From positions 12,281-76,280 of the IMG/VR virus record IMGVR_UViG_3300006923_000018: a stretch of DNA of 64,000 nucleotides; one strand, written 5' to 3'. The position numbers and the translations under genes were made by a program. This DNA is from a virus. The notes beneath the pieces were generated by a model. It saw only the letters and a list, made by a program, of their open reading frames with translations. It did no database searches and had not been told where the DNA came from. Shown here piece by piece: positions 27,398-36,761 of the stretch (the stretch's first letter is position 1; every line of letters starts with the position of its first letter).

Positions 27398-30042
27398 TGC
27401 CGATTGGGGGTCCAGACTGGGATGCTCTTGCGTATCGATTTTGGGCAATTGAGGAATTCCGTGAGTTAACAAGTGGTCCGAGGGGAAAGCTTAACGAGCA
27501 TTGGACTGATCAGATTCGCAAAGATCCACTTCTCTTGGGAATGCACATGTGTATCGACATGGTTTTCGGTGGTGGTCAACGATTACGTGTATCGACAGAT
27601 CCCATCACCGCCTATCGCCGTACTCCAGCTTCTGGTCCTGTCACTGAAATAGTGTACGAGCCCATTTTAATGCAACAGCCAAGAGTCAATCAGCAGTATT
27701 CCCTTGGTACTGGATCTTCTTCTGCTCGTAGTTTCGCAATCTCTTTTGCTGAGAATAATATGAATCCCTATTCAATTATTTCTGAAGGGAGATTCATTGC
27801 AGGGTGGGCTGAGGTTTCATTACTCATAGGCAATCAAGATTGGGAACTTAGATATGTTTTGATGCTTGGAGACATGAGCGGTGGCGTCACATTTGGTGCC
27901 GTAGATGAGATCATAGAAACAGAAATTGTAGATCCCCTAGAGACTAGCGACTTATTAATTACTCCTTATACAGTTCAGGCTAATACAGCATTATCAGCTA
28001 CTTGGTCTGCCCTGTCTACTGTAATGGCGGGCACTGTCATAGCAGATGACATCAAAATTAACGGGACTGATATTCATACAGGTTCAAATATAGTTGTAAC
28101 TGCTGGTGACGGTACTGGAACATTGGCTGTGGCTATCAATGCCCTTTCTTCTACTACTTCTGTTACCAGCGTTGCTACAAATGGACTCATGACGCTCACG
28201 GCTAGAGGTGGTGGGGAAATAGATCCCCAAGTCAAACTTGAGTTTACCTCTAATGGAGGACTCATCTTAAATGGCGTGCCTGGGGCTGGCTCCATCACTC
28301 AGGCTGGCTCCACTACAGTTCCAGAGAGTTACGTTGGTTATCGTTATCCTCTTGTTTTCAACAGCCCAGTTAATGTTCCAGCTATTCGTCTATCTGCTGC
28401 AACTCCCCCTTATTTTCTATGCTGGTTCGCCTCTGATGTTACGCCTTCTACCGTAAATGTTGATGGAGTAGATTATGGCTCAGCCAATCGTTATTATCCA
28501 TATACCTTTTCTAAGGTGAATGACGGAACTGGCGCTAACTATTGGAAAGTAGAATTTTCAACTGGTGATGCGGTTTGGGAGGCTGAGGCGCCTGTAAATG
28601 GAGGAATGACGATTTTCCCAGGAGATATTGTAATAGAGGGGGTTGACATTATGTCGGCTAATCCGAACTTTATTCTTCAGGCTAATGCAAATGGAACAAA
28701 CATTCTAAATGGGACTTCTGACCCAATTCTTGTAAATTCCACCTCATCAGGATGGGTTGCTGCTGATAATGTAAATGCAGGAGTATTAAATCCTGGTGAT
28801 ATTACTGTTCGTGGAGTAGATCTCGTAGACAGCGGCTCGGTCAGTGTTCAAGTTGATGATAACTCATCAACTCTTATTGCTGAATTTGCTGAGAGGTATA
28901 CGGAAACCGGAGTTATAGCGTTTCATGTGGCACACGGAAGCGGTTACAGAATTCGCCTTCAGTTTGAAGGGGAAGAGGAAAGTGGAATTCAAGATGATGA
29001 CATAGGGGGACTTCTCCGTTCACTCATCAATAATGTGTATAACAAAACTGGAGTTATGGCCACCATAACTGGGGGTAAAATCAGTCTTACCAAAACCAAC
29101 AATACTGATATTGATTTAGTTACGACTGCGAGGGGCGGCTATATATTAAATGGCGTATGGGGAGAGGTTAAGGCAACAACTCTTGGCGGATGGTCAGACA
29201 ACACCAGTGTTTTTGTAAGTGGTTCTCGGGACGGTGGTGCTCCTGATGAGAATATCATTAAAGTTATTAAGCGTTTATGTACCAACTGGAGCACATTGGG
29301 CCATCATGGGATTAGCGATAATCTCTTTGCTATTGCTGAGTCCAAAATACCTAACATCGCCAAACCAGCAGTCATTGTAAATGGCTCAGGGGGCGCCGAT
29401 TCCGCCTCTGCGATAGAGTATATTGAATCTACGTTATGCGCCAGTTTCCCTATGGTATCAATGGCATGGGGAAACGGTGGCTATGGTCCTGTAGTTACAG
29501 ATCGAACACGAGGAGGAATTCGTATGCGATTGGTAGCGGGTCAGGCTCCGTTATTAGATAGATCTACAGCCATTAAGGAAACAGCAAAATCGTCATTAAG
29601 TAATCAATTTACGCTTCGCTATAATTTTGATCCCGTAACAAATACGCATAATAGTTATGCGTCTAGGGACAGGAACAACAGCACCCTGTGCAGGATTAGC
29701 CAGGAGCAGGCAGGATTACGAGAGCGTGCGGTTATTGATTCTCCTCTTATTTATAGTTCGATTGTGGCTGATTATGTTTTAGACTGGCTTGTAGATCATT
29801 TTGCTCTTCCCTCATACTATGTTGAGTACGATTGTTTCCAGCCTTTATTTATTACTTTAAACCTTGGTGATAACATCACAATAACTGATTCAGATATTTC
29901 TGATTCAGAGATCACAGCTACAGTTGAAAAATTAGAGCTAGAGGGTGGCCGGTGTCGAATTGGTGTCCGGTTATGGCTCCTCTACGATAAGCTGGGCGGC
30001 GCCGCCGCAGGGATGGCTGGTTCTCAGTCTGGGAGCATTTAA
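27397..30042 (+). CDS. Tail-tip/baseplate hub protein with flagellin-like insertions
   Basis: C-terminal hub-like LNLGDNITITDS; internal repeats shared with upstream gene. Confidence 0.72.
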   Translation: MPIGGPDWDALAYRFWAIEEFRELTSGPRGKLNEHWTDQIRKDPLLLGMHMCIDMVFGGGQRLRVSTDPITAYRRTPASGPVTEIVYEPILMQQPRVNQQYSLGTGSSSARSFAISFAENNMNPYSIISEGRFIAGWAEVSLLIGNQDWELRYVLMLGDMSGGVTFGAVDEIIETEIVDPLETSDLLITPYTVQANTALSATWSALSTVMAGTVIADDIKINGTDIHTGSNIVVTAGDGTGTLAVAINALSSTTSVTSVATNGLMTLTARGGGEIDPQVKLEFTSNGGLILNGVPGAGSITQAGSTTVPESYVGYRYPLVFNSPVNVPAIRLSAATPPYFLCWFASDVTPSTVNVDGVDYGSANRYYPYTFSKVNDGTGANYWKVEFSTGDAVWEAEAPVNGGMTIFPGDIVIEGVDIMSANPNFILQANANGTNILNGTSDPILVNSTSSGWVAADNVNAGVLNPGDITVRGVDLVDSGSVSVQVDDNSSTLIAEFAERYTETGVIAFHVAHGSGYRIRLQFEGEEESGIQDDDIGGLLRSLINNVYNKTGVMATITGGKISLTKTNNTDIDLVTTARGGYILNGVWGEVKATTLGGWSDNTSVFVSGSRDGGAPDENIIKVIKRLCTNWSTLGHHGISDNLFAIAESKIPNIAKPAVIVNGSGGADSASAIEYIESTLCASFPMVSMAWGNGGYGPVVTDRTRGGIRMRLVAGQAPLLDRSTAIKETAKSSLSNQFTLRYNFDPVTNTHNSYASRDRNNSTLCRISQEQAGLRERAVIDSPLIYSSIVADYVLDWLVDHFALPSYYVEYDCFQPLFITLNLGDNITITDSDISDSEITATVEKLELEGGRCRIGVRLWLLYDKLGGAAAGMAGSQSGSI

Positions 30043-30461
30043 TGAGTTTGTTTAGTTACGATCGAAATCAGGCGTCCGCTTTGGACTTGAACACTTTTTC
30101 AAATACGATAAAAAGCACAATTATTTCAAGTATTCCTGATGAGAAGCTATCTGGAAATGGATTAAGTTTTTCAACAATGGAAATGGCTGACATTGAGGAG
30201 GATTTCCAAGCCGGATCTGTATCGGATATACCTGACTTAATGCTTGGCTGGAAGGCCAAGATAATGCAACTTGGTACAACTTATTGCCAGGTGGCCAAGT
30301 GGGAGGGCCGTACAATCTTATTTGTATGGGATTTAGCTATTGTTTCTAATGTTGATGGTCGTCCCCATCTTGAATCGTATGGTGATTTATTAGCTACGAT
30401 TACATTGACGCATCCTGATGGAAAAGAGATTTTAGAATATACTGTAAGCGTAGAGGTTTAG
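30042..30461 (+). CDS. Hypothetical protein
   Basis: Translationally coupled 139 aa ORF. Confidence 0.6.
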   Translation: MSLFSYDRNQASALDLNTFSNTIKSTIISSIPDEKLSGNGLSFSTMEMADIEEDFQAGSVSDIPDLMLGWKAKIMQLGTTYCQVAKWEGRTILFVWDLAIVSNVDGRPHLESYGDLLATITLTHPDGKEILEYTVSVEV

Positions 30462-31268
30462 ATGGATGATATGACTGAAAGCGGGCGTAAGCCTGAAAAG
30501 AGACGCGCTGCCAAGCCTGTGAACGTTTCGCAGCTAAAGTCGCCCCTAGAGCGCATCCGCAAAGAGCCAGAGATGGCCTATCGCTGTTTTCTTTTGTGGG
30601 CGATGCAGAATCCACGCAAGCGTAATCAGGCGGCTGCTGGGCGTGCTATTGAGCGTCATCCAAATGTCGTAATGCAGTGGAAGAAGCGGTGGTCATGGTT
30701 AGATCGCGTTGACTCTGTAGAGCTACCTGATGTTTGCGCTCAGGCTATTTACAGAAAACGTTTTTACGATCGTTATAAGCTTCGGGAATTGATTGAGGTA
30801 GAGAAGTATTTGGCAGTTCCGTTTATGCCGACTACTCCAATTCCGGCAACTGTAGCAGAGGAGGTCCACAAGGCCACTGCTCCGACTCGTCAGGAGCACA
30901 AGGAAAAGAAGAGACGTGAGGAAATGCGTCGGAAGCACAAGGCTCTGGTTGATGGTGCGATCGGTTTGTTGGCTCGTCGTATTGCTTCAGGTGAGATCAA
31001 ATGCAGCATGAAAGATCTGCCTATTTTACTGAAGATAAGAAATGAGTATGAGGATAATCATCTTGGTAGCGAGGAGGGCACTGGGTTTATAATTGAAACT
31101 GTCCGTGTTAAGCAGGCCAAGGCGTTAGGTCAGGATATTTTGTCTGCCATGTTAGAAGATGCTCGGGAGTCGGTTGCGATTTTGGGTGCATTAGTTGCGG
31201 CTAAAGAGCTTAAGGACCGTGCTGAGATCATGAATAACGAAACGAGTGCATCTGGGGTGTCATCATGA
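30462..31268 (+). CDS. Putative terminase small subunit (HTH type)
   Basis: EPEMAYRCFLLW...RNQAAAGRAI...VMQWKKRWSWLDRV resembles the TerS-like N-terminal HTH; coiled-coil C-terminus. Confidence 0.55.
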   Translation: MDDMTESGRKPEKRRAAKPVNVSQLKSPLERIRKEPEMAYRCFLLWAMQNPRKRNQAAAGRAIERHPNVVMQWKKRWSWLDRVDSVELPDVCAQAIYRKRFYDRYKLRELIEVEKYLAVPFMPTTPIPATVAEEVHKATAPTRQEHKEKKRREEMRRKHKALVDGAIGLLARRIASGEIKCSMKDLPILLKIRNEYEDNHLGSEEGTGFIIETVRVKQAKALGQDILSAMLEDARESVAILGALVAAKELKDRAEIMNNETSASGVSS

Positions 31269-31618
31269 GTTTGGATAGGCTTAATGCGGCAGACATTTTA
31301 AAATCTATTCCCTGGGAGGGCCTTTTAGAGTCTGCTGATAATTTTTTAGATGACAAGAATAAGAACGATAATGATTTAGACGAGTTCATTATTGACCAGA
31401 TTGATGATCGTATTGATTTTGCCTCAATAATTAATGGTCCTGCTGGTGCGGTTGCTGAGGCTTTAGACGGACCAGTTATTAAGTTAGTTTCATCATTAAT
31501 TAAAGCTATATCAGGAGATCCCGAGTCAAGACAGGCGCGGAGAGAGGTAAGGAAATCGCGCAGGGAGGCGCGGAGACTTGCTCGCCAGGAGCGAAAGAAG
31601 GCCAGGATTGATGGGTGA
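31265..31618 (+). CDS. Hypothetical protein
   Basis: Coupled ORF, acidic N-half and Arg-rich tail. Confidence 0.6.
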   Translation: MSLDRLNAADILKSIPWEGLLESADNFLDDKNKNDNDLDEFIIDQIDDRIDFASIINGPAGAVAEALDGPVIKLVSSLIKAISGDPESRQARREVRKSRREARRLARQERKKARIDG

Positions 31619-32072
31619 GCTAGAATCTAAAGTAGACCGCAACTCTCAGCGCCTTGAAACATTGGAGGAGGACGTGAATACGCTAAAGATTGACGTTGCC
31701 AAGGTGCATCTTTCCCTTGAGCATAGCGATTTTCGTGCTGAAGAACGTTTTAAGTCGTTGTCTACATCTCAGATGGAAGTGAAGGAGATTCTTAAAGAAA
31801 GAATGAAGGATGAGGAGAGGCGTGCGAAAGAGTCTAGAGAGTACCGGGCGAGGCGGGAACAGTTAGAGCTACAAGCTAATCTCGATCGCCAGAAATGGGT
31901 AAGAAGCCTAATTAATCCACAGACTCTATTTATTATATTTGCAATTATTCTAAGTTTTTTTGGAATGAGGGTCGCAGAGGTTGCTGAAATTGCAAATTTA
32001 GCAGGAATTCCGATACCCGCTAAACAACAAGGGTCAGCGCCGGATGCGTCTGAAGTCGTGGCGCCCGAATAG
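31611..32072 (+). CDS. Coiled-coil membrane protein
   Basis: Long heptad pattern then TM segment LFIIFAIILSFFGM. Confidence 0.6.
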   Translation: MGELESKVDRNSQRLETLEEDVNTLKIDVAKVHLSLEHSDFRAEERFKSLSTSQMEVKEILKERMKDEERRAKESREYRARREQLELQANLDRQKWVRSLINPQTLFIIFAIILSFFGMRVAEVAEIANLAGIPIPAKQQGSAPDASEVVAPE

Positions 32073-32156
32073 GGTATTCTGGGCGTCATTTTCGCTAAAC
32101 TGTTGGCGTAAATTGGCTATACCTGCTACGAATGGAGCCTGGAAGGACCGCAAGCC

Positions 32157-32870
32157 GTGATCGTAGAAATCGAAAGATGGCTACAGACTAACGAATCTGA
32201 CAGACCTCGTTTAGTTGAAGCCGCAAAAGATATAATAATCGCATTAGTGAGTAAGAGACCAAACTATGCTAATTGGCGCGGTCTGCCTCGATGTGTTGAA
32301 ATTTGTCCATCATATTTGTCTAAGAACAAGAATTACAGTCCTCAGACATCTAGAAATGCGTGGTCTGCCTTGAAGGATATTGTTGGTTGGAGTCAGCTTC
32401 CGCGTAAACAGGTCCGACGAACAATTACTAAGCTTGGGTTCCAGCCAAGGAAACCAAAATACGGCCATCGATATGGTACGCATTTGTTCATTTCTGGCTC
32501 GGTGTGGCGCGAACTAAAGAAGCTGTGTTTTCGGCTAGGACTGCTTAAAAATAAGCGTGCAAAGCCCATTGTGACAAGTATTATTAATAATACTAATAAT
32601 ACTACAACAAAGAAAGAATTATCCCCCCCAGCCCCCCAAAGGGGGACGAGGCAGAGCCGAAAGGGTCGTGTTAAGCATCCTAAGTATAATCAAGATTGGA
32701 AATCTCTATCCTATCGGGGTAAGGTAAAACGCCTACTTTTTTACACTATGCAGAAAGAAACGCTGAAAGAGAGCAGAAATACCGAGGGGAATAACGGGGT
32801 TGCGTTATATGAGGATAACTGGGGTCCGCTCGCCGCTTTCAGGGTATACCCGGAATGGGGCATTGGGTGA
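32157..32870 (+). CDS. Basic DNA-binding protein, possibly replication initiator-like
   Basis: First gene of the replication block; NNTNNTTTKKELSPPAPQRG linker like those in phage initiators. Confidence 0.4.
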   Translation: MIVEIERWLQTNESDRPRLVEAAKDIIIALVSKRPNYANWRGLPRCVEICPSYLSKNKNYSPQTSRNAWSALKDIVGWSQLPRKQVRRTITKLGFQPRKPKYGHRYGTHLFISGSVWRELKKLCFRLGLLKNKRAKPIVTSIINNTNNTTTKKELSPPAPQRGTRQSRKGRVKHPKYNQDWKSLSYRGKVKRLLFYTMQKETLKESRNTEGNNGVALYEDNWGPLAAFRVYPEWGIG

Positions 32871-32917
32871 ATTGGCTGGCGATGTAGCCGGATCGGTGTA
32901 TATTTGGTATATGTGTA

Positions 32918-34636
32918 ATGTCGGGACGAGGTTTCCCTCCGTCCGGCAACCTTCCTGTTGTTGTGGTGGGTCAGGGTCTTGCGGCCCTGGCCCTCATTAC
33001 AGGTGATGAAGTGGATCAGATACGCATCAAAATCGGCAGCGTGATCGGGATTGATGTTCAGCGACTGCCTGACGCTTGCTATCATGAGATTGTGAAGGAT
33101 TTTACGGTAGAGAATCCTGAGTACGTGCGTCGTAAGAAGTTCAACCGTTCTCTAAGGAACGTTCCTGAGACGATTGTTCTTTACCGTCATTACAAGAACT
33201 GGATTGAGGTTCCTCGCGGCGCTCTGAGTAGAGTGCGAGAGCTATTAAAACGATACAATTTAAGTCCAATCTTCTTAACTAATTCTGTTGTAACTGAGTC
33301 TCACGGCTTTCATCCTATTGAAGACTTTAATGTAACGTTAAGGCCCTACCAACAACAGGCATTAGAGAGGATGCACAAATGTGTACAAGGCGTAGTCCAG
33401 ATGCCCTGTGGTGCTGGAAAGACTGAGCTAGGCTGCGCGGCAATTCTAACCACTGGGGAGTCTGCGGTCATATTGGTCCACACGGACGATATTTACCAGC
33501 AGTGGAGGTCTAGGGTCCATCGCATGTCTGGGACGGCTCCTAGAGTGGTTTCTGGGACAGCCAAGAGCGATTTGTCCCCCCTGATGCCAGGCGAGGTGTC
33601 GGTTTGCATGATCCAGACCTTAGTTAGTGCTGGTGAGCTAGCGTTTCCGTTAATCAAGAGTGCTGGTGTCGTGCTTACTGACGAGTGTCATCATATTCCT
33701 GCACGCACATGGTCAAAGTTAATGAATGAGTTTCCCGCTCGCTTTCGTTGGGGATTGACGGCTACTCCTGAGAGGAGTGATGGGCTTGGGATTTTGATTG
33801 AAAGCATGATTGGCAATTTGCTTTATAAGATAGATACTAAGGCTTTAATTAAAGAAAACTATTTAATGAGTCCAAAGATTATTCCTGTATGGACAGGCTG
33901 GCAGGCGCCGGAGGATTGTTATCCATCGAAGGCGAAGTGTCCAGGGTGCAAGAAATGGATCAAATGTGTTGAGTCTCAGCATATAGATGAGCAGGTTTAC
34001 TGCAACCGCTGCAATCATAGGCTTCCGTATTCTAGTCAGTTTGAAACTGGCAATTTGAATTACAGCAAAGCTGTTACTGAGATGAGTAACGACAGTTCAC
34101 GAATAGCGATAATTGTAGAGCTTGTGAAAGCTGCAACCAGCCACAAGCGAACTGTTTTGGTATTAACTCCGAGAAAATCATCCGTTAATAAGCTTGTTGC
34201 GCGATTAAACTGGCAGGGGATATCCGTTGTTGGTGTCACATCAGATTTTAAGAAGTCAGAGCGAAAGAAAATGATAGATGATGTGCGTAAGGGTAATGTC
34301 AGCGTTTTGGTGGCAACTCAGCTAGCTGACGAGGGGTTAGATCTCCCTGTCCTAGATTGTGCAATAAACACATCAGCCGGAAGGAACGTGGGTACAGCTA
34401 AGCAGCGGGTCGGGCGGACCTTACGATTAGCAGGTATGCAGCCATTGGTATTCGAGTTAGTCGATTCTGGGGAGTTCGAGGCCCAGTGGCGGGTGAGATC
34501 TAACGCCTATAGGAGCGAGTATGGTGATTGCGTTCACAGCCTCGAACCACTGGAATTGCCCGATGCGCTAGAGGTGCTGGACGTGGTGGAGAAACCTGGT
34601 CGCCATATGTCCTCCGGTCGCGTATGTAGTGGGTGA
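32918..34636 (+). CDS. Superfamily 2 (DExH) DNA helicase with zinc-ribbon insertion
   Basis: LRPYQ, MPCGAGKT, TDECHH, GLTATPER, ADEGLD, QRVGRTLR; CPGC/CNRC insert. Confidence 0.92.
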   Translation: MSGRGFPPSGNLPVVVVGQGLAALALITGDEVDQIRIKIGSVIGIDVQRLPDACYHEIVKDFTVENPEYVRRKKFNRSLRNVPETIVLYRHYKNWIEVPRGALSRVRELLKRYNLSPIFLTNSVVTESHGFHPIEDFNVTLRPYQQQALERMHKCVQGVVQMPCGAGKTELGCAAILTTGESAVILVHTDDIYQQWRSRVHRMSGTAPRVVSGTAKSDLSPLMPGEVSVCMIQTLVSAGELAFPLIKSAGVVLTDECHHIPARTWSKLMNEFPARFRWGLTATPERSDGLGILIESMIGNLLYKIDTKALIKENYLMSPKIIPVWTGWQAPEDCYPSKAKCPGCKKWIKCVESQHIDEQVYCNRCNHRLPYSSQFETGNLNYSKAVTEMSNDSSRIAIIVELVKAATSHKRTVLVLTPRKSSVNKLVARLNWQGISVVGVTSDFKKSERKKMIDDVRKGNVSVLVATQLADEGLDLPVLDCAINTSAGRNVGTAKQRVGRTLRLAGMQPLVFELVDSGEFEAQWRVRSNAYRSEYGDCVHSLEPLELPDALEVLDVVEKPGRHMSSGRVCSG

Positions 34637-34709
34637 TGGAGTGTAGCACAACTGGCAGTGCATCCGACTGTTAATCGGAAGGTTGCAGGTTCGAGTCCTG
34701 CCGCTCCAG
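34637..34709 (+). tRNA. tRNA-Asn (GTT), no encoded CCA
   Basis: Acceptor TGGAGTG/CGCTCCA, D stem GCAC/GTGC, anticodon arm TCCGA-CTGTTAA-TCGGA, T arm GCAGG-TTCGAGT-CCTGC, discriminator G. Confidence 0.95.
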
Positions 34710-34722
34710 TTCAGGAGGCAGA

Positions 34723-36003
34723 GTGACCCCAAAAATTGTAATCCCTCGCTATGAGGATTGTGAAATCCATGGTCTTCCGTGGGACGCATTTGTTGTTACC
34801 AATTCTGAGCGCAGCACATTGTTGTGCCCGCGCTGGAATTGGTTTCAGTACACTGAGAATCTTAGGCCGCTAGTTACAGATCGGCCTTTACGGATTGGGA
34901 GTGCTTGGCACCTCATCATGGAGTCGGTTTATCGTCATTGGATGGCCCACGATACTGAGTTCGATGATGCTGTATGGACAGATCCCCTTGAGAAAATTGA
35001 ATCTGATTGGTCTGAGCAGTCTAAAGTCGGATTAGTGCCAGAGGACGAGTGGCGTACTGACGTGGAGAGGCTAAGCCGCTCCATGTATGGTTACATTCAG
35101 TATCGCGGTCGCGCTCCATCATCAAAATATCGTATTGTAGCCGTGGAGCAGGCGCTATGCGCTCCAATAATGGAGAAGGACACAGACAATGTATTCTCCC
35201 CTGATGCGGCTTTAATGGCAGAGGAATACGGGTTCAGAGAGGCGCGTACCGGAGAAGGAAAGGATGGTAGGTGTTCTGTAATCCAGAAGCCTTATTACTA
35301 CATTGGTCGTGCGGATGTAATTGTTTTGCACCGAGAAACTGGTGATGCGTGGGTTTTAGACCACAAGTACACAGCTTCGCCTGAATCGTATCGAACGGCA
35401 TCACTTATTGATTTGCAGATGCCTGGTTACTGTTGGATGCTGGACTGGATGCTCAAGAACGGGCATATTGATTTTTCAGGTAGTGGCCGAGTAGGTGGCT
35501 ATATCTTTGAGGCAACGAGCAGTGCGCTTGCACGCCATCCGACTTTTCTAAAAAGCGGGAAAATCTCTAAAGCTGCTAATGCTAGGATAGCGAGTTGGAA
35601 CTTTATTAAGTTTTGCGAAGACAATGAAATTGATGTTGCTCCGTATGCTGAGTACATTGAGTCGCTTAAGAAAAGAGTAGACAGAACGCTATATATATCA
35701 GATTGGACGCAGATTACTGAGAATGATATAGTGCGCTGCGCCAAGGAGGCGTATGGGGTAGCGAGGCGGATATCAGATCTGAAGTGGGACGCTGCGTTTG
35801 GCGACTTGTCTGATATTAATTATAGTCATCCCCGTCTGCCATTGTGTAAGCGTCCAGGTTCAAAGTGCAGATACACAACGATGTGTTTCAGCGAGTCAGC
35901 TTATAGCCTGGGCTTTGAGGTGGGTGATGGTGTTCGTTGGATCACCAACCCTAAGTTTTTATCAAATGACAACAACAAGTTGGAAGAGGAGTTAGGATGG
36001 TGA
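34723..36003 (+). CDS. PD-(D/E)XK exonuclease, Cas4/RecB-like
   Basis: LLCPRW, GSAWH, AVEQ, GRADVI, VLDHKY, QMPGY, and three C-terminal Cys (Fe-S-like arrangement). Confidence 0.85.
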   Translation: MTPKIVIPRYEDCEIHGLPWDAFVVTNSERSTLLCPRWNWFQYTENLRPLVTDRPLRIGSAWHLIMESVYRHWMAHDTEFDDAVWTDPLEKIESDWSEQSKVGLVPEDEWRTDVERLSRSMYGYIQYRGRAPSSKYRIVAVEQALCAPIMEKDTDNVFSPDAALMAEEYGFREARTGEGKDGRCSVIQKPYYYIGRADVIVLHRETGDAWVLDHKYTASPESYRTASLIDLQMPGYCWMLDWMLKNGHIDFSGSGRVGGYIFEATSSALARHPTFLKSGKISKAANARIASWNFIKFCEDNEIDVAPYAEYIESLKKRVDRTLYISDWTQITENDIVRCAKEAYGVARRISDLKWDAAFGDLSDINYSHPRLPLCKRPGSKCRYTTMCFSESAYSLGFEVGDGVRWITNPKFLSNDNNKLEEELGW

Positions 36004-36752
36004 CAAATAGTGGAATAGAATATTATATGGTGGGGACCAGCGGCATGACGCCGTTGCTGAAGGCGTTTATGTATGGCGATAGCGGTGCAGGCAAGACGTT
36101 TACGGCGGCTTCTGCCCCTAACCCCATATTTTTATTAACTGAGTCGAATGGATTGAAGAGCATTCAGAATTCAAATCCTGATGCGCTTGTGGCGCTGTGT
36201 ACTGATATTAACCAGGTTCGTCAGTTTGTAGCTGCGGCATCTCGTGGAGAATTTCCTGATGAAGTGGAAACAATAGTTATTGATTCTATTACTGAGGTGC
36301 AGCGGTTATTTATTGATGAAATATTAGCTGCCAAGGGTGATGGCGATAAAAAGATGGAATGGCAAGATTGGGGAGTCATGACGGCTCGTATGATTAAATT
36401 TGTGCGTTGCGTGAGAAATCTGCCGTACAACGTCATTGTAACTGCTCTTTGTGAGTATGCGACTGGTGATGATGGAAGCGTGACTCGGATATTCCCATCA
36501 TTTCAGGGTAAGAAACTTGCTAATGACATCTCTCAGTTCTTCAATGTGGTGGGCGTGGTTATTCGTCGTGAGGTTGAGACTGAACATGGGATTGTTATTA
36601 AGCGCGGGGTTCTAGTTGAGGGTCCGTCCCGGTATTTAATAAAGCCGTGTCATCCTCTTGTAGGAATATTGGAGCCCAATGTTTCTCAATGGATAAATGA
36701 GTGGAAAGCATCAATTGATTCAACTGAAGATAAAACTTCAAATTCTAATTAG
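35997..36752 (+). CDS. AAA_24/Sak4-like ATPase (recombinase)
   Basis: MYGDSGAGKT, TIVIDSITE, QDWG; between nuclease and SSB-like gene. Confidence 0.85.
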   Translation: MVTNSGIEYYMVGTSGMTPLLKAFMYGDSGAGKTFTAASAPNPIFLLTESNGLKSIQNSNPDALVALCTDINQVRQFVAAASRGEFPDEVETIVIDSITEVQRLFIDEILAAKGDGDKKMEWQDWGVMTARMIKFVRCVRNLPYNVIVTALCEYATGDDGSVTRIFPSFQGKKLANDISQFFNVVGVVIRREVETEHGIVIKRGVLVEGPSRYLIKPCHPLVGILEPNVSQWINEWKASIDSTEDKTSNSN

Positions 36753-36761
36753 GGGGAAGTA

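Noticed and set aside
23830-28280. Diversity-generating retroelement TR/VR pair
   Set aside because: No reverse transcriptase; differences between copies are not adenine-specific and both copies are coding
34723-36003. CRISPR-associated Cas4
   Set aside because: Sits in a nuclease-Sak4-SSB recombination module; no array or cas1
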